IMG/VR virus record: IMGVR_UViG_3300037452_000118
Location: 1-64,000 of that record
Length of the DNA stretch: 64,000 nt
Strand: one strand, 5' to 3'
Source: a virus
The notes under the pieces are model-generated. The model was not told the DNA's origin. It made no database searches and worked only from the letters and a program-made list of their open reading frames with translations. Of the stretch, positions 31,667 through 39,948 are shown piece after piece. The position numbers and the translations under genes are program-made. Position 1 is the stretch's first letter. Each line of letters begins with the position of its first letter.

Positions 31667-32131
31667 AATTCGGTGTGGACGGCGGCCGTCAAAGAATGGA
31701 TAATTATACCTTCAGAAAGTTGTCACGGAAGCCAGCCCGCGCCCGCCAACTTCATAGGAGAGAACGATGTTCGTTGAGACTAAAAAGGACGGTGAGGCCC
31801 TACCGGTAACTCCGTCGGCGAAGGATGTTCTGGTCGCCGCCCGCGCAAAAATCGCCGAACCCGAAAATTGGTGTCAGGGCTGTCAAGGATTGGACAAGGA
31901 TGGCTGCGGCGTCAATCCGCTCGATTCCGACGCCGTGAAGCATTGTGCGCTCGGTGCGCTTTCTGCGGTCATCGGCAGCTACGTTCTTCCAACCCATCCA
32001 GCCCGCGTCGTTCTGCAACGCTGTGTCCCCGGTCCGATTGGCCCTTGGAATAATCGCCACTCACATACCGAAGTCGTCGCGGCCTTCGACGCTGCAATCG
32101 CGTGCATAAGCGGCCAAGCCCAAGGGGCAAC

Positions 32132-33052
32132 ATGAGATTCCGCTTCACCCTCGTGGTCTGGGGCGATTGGCACATCGGCCAGTTCGTCAGGCACGGCCTG
32201 CCCAGCCTGCGGGCGCCGGGCAACCTCGACGCGATCGACCACGTCGTTTCCGCGAAGACACGGCCGTCGGACCTGGAGCGCGTGCGCGCGGCGCTGGACG
32301 GCGTCAACGCCGAGATCGAAGCGCTGCTTCCCGACGACATCGGCTCCGACCAGGCGACCTGCAACACGGCGGTCTTCACGCACAACGTCGACGACCGATC
32401 CGCCGCCGCCCAGGCCGGGGAGGCCTGGGGACTGCTGTCGCCCGACATGGTGTGGGGCGAGGGAACGTGGGCGCACCACCGCGCCGCGCTGGAGGGCGGC
32501 GCGAAGGCGGTCTTCCGCCCGCTGCTGCGCGTCGACTCCGAACGCGCCGGGACGATCCGCGATTTCCGCAGACGCAGCCTCGCCGCGACCGCCTTGGAGC
32601 ACGAGCACGCGATCGCGCGGACGGACTACCGCGCCGGCGGGGAGAGGTTCTCGCCGCACGCCGAGATGATTATCTGGGAGGCGCCGGGTTGGCTGATCAA
32701 CCGGACCATCACCGCTGAAGTCCAGACCTGCATCCCGGCTGCGGTGCCGTTCAACTCGCAGGGTTTGTCGGCGCTGCCGCTGGACGGCGAGATGTGCGTG
32801 GTCCGCGACAGCGACGAGGCGATCGCGGTGGCGATGTGCCCGCCGGACAAGGACTTCGGCTGGCTGCAGGGGACGCGACCGCTCGATGTCGACCTTGTCC
32901 GCGGTTTCCTGCGGTCCTACAACTCGCCGGCATCGAGGAACATCGCGCGCCAATCCTACCACCTGCATGCGGGCGACATCGTCGATGCCGAGATATGGAA
33001 AACGGTATTAGATCGTAGATCAGACGATTTCATCACGGAGGTCTTCGCGTGA
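32132..33052 (+). CDS. Hypothetical protein, possible glycosyltransferase-like (paralog 2)
   Basis: LVVWGDWHI..PSLRAPGNL. Confidence 0.45.
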   Translation: MRFRFTLVVWGDWHIGQFVRHGLPSLRAPGNLDAIDHVVSAKTRPSDLERVRAALDGVNAEIEALLPDDIGSDQATCNTAVFTHNVDDRSAAAQAGEAWGLLSPDMVWGEGTWAHHRAALEGGAKAVFRPLLRVDSERAGTIRDFRRRSLAATALEHEHAIARTDYRAGGERFSPHAEMIIWEAPGWLINRTITAEVQTCIPAAVPFNSQGLSALPLDGEMCVVRDSDEAIAVAMCPPDKDFGWLQGTRPLDVDLVRGFLRSYNSPASRNIARQSYHLHAGDIVDAEIWKTVLDRRSDDFITEVFA

Positions 33053-34167
33053 ACCTGCACCTCGCGTCAGACCTGCTCCTGGACAAGCATCTTCCGGAGC
33101 CGGAGCCTGTCCCCGACAAGGCGGCCTACCTCCGCGAGCGCGAGGCCTGCCTGGCGCTGTCGCCGGCGGCGCGCGAGAACTGGGAGCGCTACGAGCGCTC
33201 GACGAGGCGCGAGGCGGAGCTGGACTACCTGCCGGTCCGGCTCGACGTCGAGAACGTCAGCCGCTGCAATTTTCGTTGCACCATGTGCCAGGTCAGCGAC
33301 TGGCCGAAGGGCCAGCGCGCCGCCGACATGAGCCTCGACGACTTCAAGCGGCTGCTCGACGAGCAGGTCGGAGTCGTAGAGCTGAAAATCCAGGGCTTCG
33401 GCGAGCCGACGATGGGCGCCCACTATTTTGAAATGATCCAATACGCGAGGGCGCGGCGGATATGGGTGCGCACCATCACCAACGCCTCGCGGCTGCATTT
33501 GAGAAACACGTTTCAAAAGTTGGTCGATACCGACGTGAACGAAATCCAAATATCAATAGACGGCGCAACGAAGGAAGTCTTCGAGGGCATCCGGCGCGGC
33601 TCGGTGTTCGAGCAGGTCGTGAAGAATTGCGCGCTGATCAATGGCTATGCAAAAGCCCAGGGCAAGCTACGAACCAAAATGTGGACTGTCGTGCAACAAA
33701 CCAACGCGCACCAGCTCGACGACCTGGTCGACCTCGCCTACGACGCCGGCTTTGCGCATTTGGTTTTTTCATTTGAATTGATTGATTTTGGGCAGCCGAA
33801 ATGGAAGGAGACGAACGATGCCGCCTCGGTCGCGGATCGGATAAGCCTCGCGGAATGTTGGCGGCTGCACCATCGCGCCAAGGCGCTCGGCGTCCGATTG
33901 GGTTTTTGGTTTGCCAACGAACGCTATAGCTATGAGGCGGGCAACCCGGAAAAGCTATGCTCGTGGCCGTTTCAGTCTGCCTACATCTCGTCCGACATGA
34001 AAATCGTACCGTGCTGTATAATTGGAAACCCCGAAGTTAGCAATTTCGGCGATGCCCGCAAGCTCACTGAACTTTGGAATGGCCCCGCCATCAAGGCTTT
34101 CCGTGAGGGTCATTTGACGGGGTGTGTTCCGGATATTTGCAGGTCCTGTTATAAGGGGAATCGCTGA
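33049..34167 (+). CDS. Radical SAM enzyme with SPASM/twitch domain
   Basis: CNFRCTMC, GFGEP, ISIDG, CSWPF, VPCC, CRSC. Confidence 0.9.
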   Translation: MNLHLASDLLLDKHLPEPEPVPDKAAYLREREACLALSPAARENWERYERSTRREAELDYLPVRLDVENVSRCNFRCTMCQVSDWPKGQRAADMSLDDFKRLLDEQVGVVELKIQGFGEPTMGAHYFEMIQYARARRIWVRTITNASRLHLRNTFQKLVDTDVNEIQISIDGATKEVFEGIRRGSVFEQVVKNCALINGYAKAQGKLRTKMWTVVQQTNAHQLDDLVDLAYDAGFAHLVFSFELIDFGQPKWKETNDAASVADRISLAECWRLHHRAKALGVRLGFWFANERYSYEAGNPEKLCSWPFQSAYISSDMKIVPCCIIGNPEVSNFGDARKLTELWNGPAIKAFREGHLTGCVPDICRSCYKGNR

Positions 34168-34177
34168 ATCAACTCTA

Positions 34178-34207
34178 TTGACTTATAATTATCGCGTGGT
34201 GTAGGAA
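34178..34207 (+). promoter_or_regulatory. Candidate sigma70-type promoter for the RAMP cassette
   Basis: TTGACT at 34178 and TATAAT at 34184 in an AT-rich gap; the -10 assignment is ambiguous. Confidence 0.35.
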
Positions 34208-34215
34208 TGGTTCCT

Positions 34216-34368
34216 ATGAGAACCACGCACAAGCAGACGATTACCTTCACGAAACCAGAGATCGACTACCTGCGGATCGAGGCTAAACGCCTCGGCATAT
34301 CCGTGGCCGATCTTGTGCGGCGGATCATAGATCAGCACCAAGAGAGCCAAAGGAAAGCAGCAAAATGA
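34216..34368 (+). CDS. Ribbon-helix-helix (CopG-like) protein, 50 aa, not in the ORF track
   Basis: Manual translation MRTTHKQTITFTKPEIDYLRIEAKRLGISVADLVRRIIDQHQESQRKAAK; stop overlaps the next start (ATGA). Confidence 0.75.
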   Translation: MRTTHKQTITFTKPEIDYLRIEAKRLGISVADLVRRIIDQHQESQRKAAK

Positions 34369-35177
34369 ACAAACCAATCCAAGCCGAAGAGGCCGTTACC
34401 GTTGCCGAGATACAGATGACCGAGATGAGCTTCAACATCGTCGGGACATCCCCTCTCGTGATCCATGCTATGAGCGCGAAGAGCAAAGGCTCTCTGCTCT
34501 TTCCATCTCCGCGCAAGAATGCGACGGAGCGAGCGACGACGATGAAGCACGAACCATATGAGGAGTTTCTCGGCGCTTGCTATCGCTTCAGGGACGCCGA
34601 CAAATCGCCGACCCGGCTCTATATGCCGGCCGGAGCTTTTCATGCCGCGATGGCCAACTCCGCGATTGATATGGTCGGCGCTAAGAAAGCGCAGATCGGG
34701 CGCTTGACTACGGTACCCGGCGGCAAGATTCCAATCTTCGGTGTGCCGCAACTCTGGATGACCACCGTCAGGTCGAGCGACATGGCGCGAACACCGGACA
34801 TTCGCACGCTGCCGATCCTGCCGTCATGGTGCGCCACGATCACGGTGCAGTTCGTCGGTAGCCTGATCAAGCAGCAGTCGATCGCCAATCTGCTCGCTGC
34901 CGCTGGCGTCATCATTGGTATCGGTGACGGGCGCCCAGAGAAGGGCAAATTGTCGATGGGCCAGTTTCGCCTTTGCTCCGACGATGATCTAGAGTTTTTG
35001 CGGATCGTGAAGCAAGGCGTAACCGCGCAGGATAAGGCGCTTGCCGACCCGGCGACTTTCGACGAGGAAACTGCAGAACTTTGGGATTGGTTCACAAAAG
35101 AAAAAACCAAACGGGCGGCGGCTCCGGCGTCAATACCGAAGCGCCCCCCCCAAGGCAGAGCATGCAGCGCGAGCTAA
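34365..35177 (+). CDS. Stand-alone RAMP/Cas7-like RNA-binding protein (Vipr-like effector)
   Basis: N-terminal strand FNIVGTSPLVIHA, LYMPAGAFHAAM helix, C-terminal Gly-rich loop AGVIIGIGDGRPEKGKLSMGQF; directly followed by a 5-nt-periodic array. Confidence 0.72.
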   Translation: MNKPIQAEEAVTVAEIQMTEMSFNIVGTSPLVIHAMSAKSKGSLLFPSPRKNATERATTMKHEPYEEFLGACYRFRDADKSPTRLYMPAGAFHAAMANSAIDMVGAKKAQIGRLTTVPGGKIPIFGVPQLWMTTVRSSDMARTPDIRTLPILPSWCATITVQFVGSLIKQQSIANLLAAAGVIIGIGDGRPEKGKLSMGQFRLCSDDDLEFLRIVKQGVTAQDKALADPATFDEETAELWDWFTKEKTKRAAAPASIPKRPPQGRACSAS

Positions 35178-35185
35178 CGGCTCTT

Positions 35186-36059
35186 GAAATCCAGTCCAGT
35201 TGGGACACGATAGCCCAGTCATATCTCGATGTGACGAGATACGACTAGATGCGACCGGGACCAACAAGACTTGATCGGTCAAGATGCGAACAGTCTTGAT
35301 GCGACGGGACCGGATATGATCCGATGAGCCGTGACTGGACCAACGCGACTAGACCGGACGCGACGCGATACGATCTGGCTAGATACGATGAGACCAATGC
35401 GATGCGTTTGGCCGAGTTCGGACGCGACATGATCCGCCGTGATGCGCTTTGCCAAGACGCGACCAACATGATGAGCCGTGACCAGCCACGATCAGACCCG
35501 ACGGGCCGGAGCGCGACTTGCTCAGACCAACAAGACCTGCCGAGCCGCGATCGGCCGCGCTGCGATACGATTGGACAGGACGTGTTTTGTCCAACATGAC
35601 CCGACTAGCGATGACGAGCGGTGCCGGGCCATGACGAGACCAACAAGCCAAGTCTGGACGTGCTCGGACGGAATATGATCGGACTGGACAAGACCAACAC
35701 GACAAGACTGGAGACGACGTGCGGAGCCGGGACCGGCCGCGACAACGCTGGACCTGACCAACGGGCCTAGAAGGGACCGGATTAGCAATGCCGTGGCGAG
35801 ACGGGACCGACAAGTCACGATCAGCCAAGTCCCGAGGAGCCAACGCGAGATCGGACATGCCAAGACCAACGAGGTTTGCTCAGATGAGCGAAGCCGCGAC
35901 GTGATCGGCCAAGACGTGACCAACGTGACTGGCTATGCCGAGATTGGCCCGGACCAGATGCCTTGGGACGAGACTTGAAATGCCGAGACCAACGAGCCGC
36001 GATGTGACCTGACGCGCTATGCCGCGATCAGTAGCGATGAGATGGGATAAGTTGCCAAC
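35186..36059 (+). ncRNA. Array of ~14 putative guide units, each n x (NN-GHY) + CAAC (VIPR-like RNA array)
   Basis: Twelve clean units between 35266 and 35993 have lengths 79,54,69,64,64,49,54,64,49,59,54,69 (all 5n+4); by hand count 131/136 triplets begin with G and 78/136 are GAY; first and last units are degenerate. Confidence 0.85.
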
Positions 36060-36076
36060 CAAAGAGGAGGTTAAAA

Positions 36077-36571
36077 ATGTCGACCATGAAAATCCGCGCT
36101 GCGGCGATCAAAGCGATCGAGGATGAAGCCGGCAGAGTGACGGCGGAAGCGCTGGTATTGGCGGCGCGCGATCAAACCCATCCGCTGCACAAGGAGTTTC
36201 CCTGGGACGACAAAAAGGCGGCGCACCAGCATCGCCTCGATGTCGCCCGCCGTATAATCGCCAGCGTAAGGGTAACCATCACAACTACAACCAAGAAGGT
36301 AACCTGCGTTGGCTATGTCAGGGATCCTGAAGCCGGGCTACGACAGGGCTACGTCAGCACCGTCAAGCTGCGTACTGAGGCCGATGCTGCGCGGGAAGCC
36401 CTCGGCGCGGAGATCGCCAGGGTACAGAGCATTTTGGAAAGAGCGAAGGAACTCGCTGCAGGCCTCGAGCTTGACGAGGATTTTCAATTGTCTCTCGCCG
36501 GCGCCTTGGATTTTTCCAGCCGGATGCGAAAAGGACTCGGTTTTCCAGGAGATGGAAGAGCCTTGCAATAA
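36077..36571 (+). CDS. Accessory protein of the RAMP cassette (phage hypothetical protein)
   Basis: Strong GAGGAGG RBS; HPLHKEFPWDDKKAAHQHRLDVARRII motif; lies between the two arrays. Confidence 0.7.
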   Translation: MSTMKIRAAAIKAIEDEAGRVTAEALVLAARDQTHPLHKEFPWDDKKAAHQHRLDVARRIIASVRVTITTTTKKVTCVGYVRDPEAGLRQGYVSTVKLRTEADAAREALGAEIARVQSILERAKELAAGLELDEDFQLSLAGALDFSSRMRKGLGFPGDGRALQ

Positions 36572-36580
36572 AGCCTAAAC

Positions 36581-36709
36581 GTACTGTGCCGTGTCACGTT
36601 ACGACATGATCGGACACGATCTGACGAGACCAACGCGACCTGACTCGTCTTGTTGCGGTGAGGCATGACATGATGCGATTTGTCGCGATCCGACTAGCCG
36701 CAGCAAGAT
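36581..36709 (+). ncRNA. Second short NN-GHY array (2 units)
   Basis: Unit 36581-36634 (10 pentamers + CAAC), then 14-15 pentamers from 36635. Confidence 0.78.
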
Positions 36710-36725
36710 GATCAAAGGGAAGCTA

Positions 36726-37727
36726 ATGATACTCTCTGTCGGGGAATACGATGCCCTTGAGCAGGAAGCTCGCTGCGGTCTTTCTTTTTGCGAGCTCATG
36801 GCCTTCGCGCCGCGCACTTTCGACATGCTCGGCTTCCCGCATCGCGTCGAGGATGAGCGGGAGCTCGTCCGCTACGCCGATTGGAATCGGGACACCGGAA
36901 ATCAAGAATACTTTCGGCCCGGCCATTTCTTCGGCGGCCCGGCCGTGCAGACCGACTTCACCGCCGATGAGGTCGAGATGATGAATCGCGTCCGCGACCA
37001 GGCCGTCGCGGCGACCACCAAGCTCGGCCGGCCGGTGCGGCCGCTGTGCAGTCCCTTCGCGCAGCTCGGCCTGTTTCGCATCTTGGCCGCCATCGGATTG
37101 CCTGGGCTCCGCGTCTTCGAGGTCGGCCCCGGTACCGCCTATCTCGGCGCCATGCTCATCAACGAAGGCGCGAGCTATTATTCTTTCACCGACAACGCCC
37201 AGGCGCTTTTCCTTTGGCAATGTCGCTTGATGGCCGAGGTCGGGTATCAACCGACGTCGCGCGCTGGGCTTCCGTGGTGGGACTTCGCCCGCGGCGTCAA
37301 CCTTCTTCCGGTCGATGTCGTGGTCTCCAACACCAACCTCGGCGAGATGACCGGCGACGCGCTCAAGATCACGGCGCACCGCGCGCGGCAGATGCTGGAG
37401 AGATCGCCGCTTGGTCTCTTCCTGTTCGTCAACGTCGGGGCGCCGATGTACAATTCGGAGGAGGGCGTCGACCGCGAGCTGCGCCGTGCCGGCTTCAGCC
37501 TCGTCGTCAACCGCTTTTTCCGCGCCTACCGGGCGCCCAACTCCGAGCCGCTCCCGGAGGCGGCGCTGGCCTTGGAGTTCGGCATGCCGCTCTATAATCC
37601 AAGCGGCAGGCCTGGCACGGTGTCCGGTGGCGAGGCCGTGTACATCCCCGACGACCAGCGCCCGCTCGACCTCGACGTTACGGAGCTGCTGGAGGGGTGG
37701 CGCCCGCCGGTGAGGAGCAAGCCATGA
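36726..37727 (+). CDS. SAM-dependent methyltransferase, putative sugar O-methyltransferase
   Basis: VFEVGPGTAYLG, DVVVSNTNLGEM; sugar-cluster context. Confidence 0.65.
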   Translation: MILSVGEYDALEQEARCGLSFCELMAFAPRTFDMLGFPHRVEDERELVRYADWNRDTGNQEYFRPGHFFGGPAVQTDFTADEVEMMNRVRDQAVAATTKLGRPVRPLCSPFAQLGLFRILAAIGLPGLRVFEVGPGTAYLGAMLINEGASYYSFTDNAQALFLWQCRLMAEVGYQPTSRAGLPWWDFARGVNLLPVDVVVSNTNLGEMTGDALKITAHRARQMLERSPLGLFLFVNVGAPMYNSEEGVDRELRRAGFSLVVNRFFRAYRAPNSEPLPEAALALEFGMPLYNPSGRPGTVSGGEAVYIPDDQRPLDLDVTELLEGWRPPVRSKP

Positions 37728-38647
37728 AGATCGAGGTCGTCGTCGCGGCGTGGGGACACTGGGCGCAGCGCTGGCGCAACCTCAACTGCGCCGTCGTGCG
37801 GGCCGAGGCCGACGACGTCGGCGGCACCTTGGTCGTCTACGCCGACGACGACGGCCGCGAGCGGCTGGCGGGGGAATGGATCGACGAGTTCAGGCCGCTG
37901 CCGGAGCCGGTGAGCTGGTTCGACCAGGCCGACGGCGCGCACGCCGACGCGATCGACCGGGCCCTGGCCGGCGGCTACGCCGTGGCGCCGCTGTGCGCGT
38001 CGCTCCGCCTCGGCAGGGGGACGCTCGCCGCCGCCAAGCGCCGGCTCGACGCCGGCTACCGGGCCTGCATGGCGCTCTGCGTCCCGGCCGGGGTGCCCGA
38101 CAAGGTCGAGACCGCCGCGGCGATGTCGGCCAAGCTCAAGCACGCCGGGTTCGGCTGGTGGGAGGGCAGGACGAGGACGACCCACCCCGGCCACTATGCC
38201 TGGCGCTCGGCCAACGGCGCCGTCCTGGTGCGGCCGATCTACCACCACCCCGTCCTCATCAGGCCGACGCGCGCCCACGCTCCGCGCCGCGCCGCCGACC
38301 ACTTCATGACCGAGGGCTACCTCGACGACGTCTCGCAGGTCGCGCAGCTCGACCCCCTCGACGGCTGCATCAGCGGCCTGCCGGCCCACGACGGCACCGG
38401 CCCTCCGCCGGGCCCGGCCAGGCCCCCGGAGAACCCGGCGCTGGCGGAGCCCGCCGGCATCGTGGGCTGGATGCTGTCCGGGGTCGGCGTCGCCGGCGGC
38501 GTCAACGTGATGCCCTGGAACCTGCACTACATGGCCCACCGCTTCTGGTGTGGCGAGCCCGGCGCCGACAGGCTAGAAGTTGAGATGGAATCGGACCGCG
38601 CCGTCGCCGAGATCAGGCGGATTTATTTTGAAAGGGTAGGAAAGTGA
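37724..38647 (+). CDS. Hypothetical protein, possible glycosyltransferase-like (paralog 3)
   Basis: VVVAAWGHWA..LVVYADD. Confidence 0.4.
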   Translation: MKIEVVVAAWGHWAQRWRNLNCAVVRAEADDVGGTLVVYADDDGRERLAGEWIDEFRPLPEPVSWFDQADGAHADAIDRALAGGYAVAPLCASLRLGRGTLAAAKRRLDAGYRACMALCVPAGVPDKVETAAAMSAKLKHAGFGWWEGRTRTTHPGHYAWRSANGAVLVRPIYHHPVLIRPTRAHAPRRAADHFMTEGYLDDVSQVAQLDPLDGCISGLPAHDGTGPPPGPARPPENPALAEPAGIVGWMLSGVGVAGGVNVMPWNLHYMAHRFWCGEPGADRLEVEMESDRAVAEIRRIYFERVGK

Positions 38648-38823
38648 ACTTAGCGGAGCGGAGGCGGGGAAAGCAGACCCGCACGGACTGGACACAGGTA
38701 CGCAGGGAATTAGGGGCGCAAGCTCCGTGAATTGCGACGCACCTCAGCGGGTTCGATTCCCGACGGTCATCAACGAAATAGCGATGAAGCTGGAGTAGCG
38801 CCCAGCCCGCTCCGCTAAGTTCA
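38645..38823 (+). ncRNA. Putative multi-branched structured RNA with tRNA-like arms
   Basis: Perfect 17-bp terminal inverted repeat (38645-38661 / 38807-38823) enclosing several hairpins, including CGGG-TTCGATT-CCCG. Confidence 0.5.
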
Positions 38824-39948
38824 TACGAGCTAAAGCCGCAAAGGAGGATCAAATGCCCAAGTGTCGTTTCTGCGGTGCGGACATGATCTTCCGAGATTTT
38901 GGTCCGTACTACCCGCTCTACGATGTTCCCGGCGCGAGCGTCGGCTATTGGGAATGTCTCAATTTCAACGATGGTCGCCACGGCGATCCGCGACAGAGAC
39001 AGGACCGTTATCAGACGAACGACAAAACCCTCGTGCCAAAGGAGAAATATCATGCCGCTTAAAGACCCGCGCGAATCCCTCGTTGAACGCCGCGCGCTAC
39101 TAAAATTTTTCGGGATTGCCGTCCCCGCCGCGCTTCTACCGACCGTTGCCGAAGAAAGCGAGCGGCCTTCTGGCCCGCAATTCTTTATGAGGCCGGACGA
39201 AATCTTCACATTGTTCGTGAGCGAAATGGTAGCCGCGCTGCCCCAGCAATATGCCGATGCGGCGCGTGATCGTAGTTCGGTATTGCGAACGATGATCGAG
39301 GCACACGGCGTCGCGATGGCAACCGTTTTAGCAACGTTCCAGATGCCGCCGCAGGATATTGCCATCGGGAAAACGTTGACGGACTTCGGAATAATGTGGG
39401 ATGTCGTCCGCTTAGATGGCGAATCCGACAATGATTTGCGGACTCGGCTGGCAGATCGAATGAAAGGCACCGCGAGACGATCATGAAAATGATGAAAACT
39501 ATTTCGGTCCCGGCGACAACGCGCGAAGCGCTTGATTACATCAAATGCGAGCTTTGCCCTACGCAAACACGCTCCGATGGCTATTGGCCTACGAACATAG
39601 GCTACAGAGTTGATGACGTTGAGGTTGAGTACGTCACGGGGGACAGCTACCCGGAAGGTGGCTCTACAAAAACCGTCATTCTCGACATCTGCCCCAAATG
39701 CTTCGAAGAAAAGTTGGTCCCGTGGTTTAGGTCTCAAGGTGGTGTACCTCGTGTGGAAGAAAGGGACTGACGATATGCCGGACGTTCCCAAAGTCCTCGA
39801 CACCATTGCCGACCGGGTCCTCCGATACCGGCCCAAGCCGAAGTCAAAGCCCGCTCGCCGCCGTAAGCGCCGGGCTGCCAAGCTGGCGTCAAAATGAGCG
39901 GAAGAATCAGAAGCGGGTTGATCTATATGCAGCATTGGAGATGATATA

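Noticed and set aside
35186-36059. Classical CRISPR array
   Set aside because: No 25-45 bp constant repeat with contiguous spacers; constancy is limited to one triplet per pentamer plus a 4-nt CAAC, and no cas1/cas2 is present
35245-36062. Several short ORFs across the array on both strands
   Set aside because: Low-complexity Arg/Asp/Ser translations arise from the 5-nt period, which does not fit a codon structure; no RBS
34365-36709. Diversity-generating retroelement or retron
   Set aside because: No reverse transcriptase motifs and no TR/VR pair found
38645-38823. Canonical tRNA gene
   Set aside because: T-arm-like hairpin is present but spacing, length, anticodon arm and CCA end do not fit
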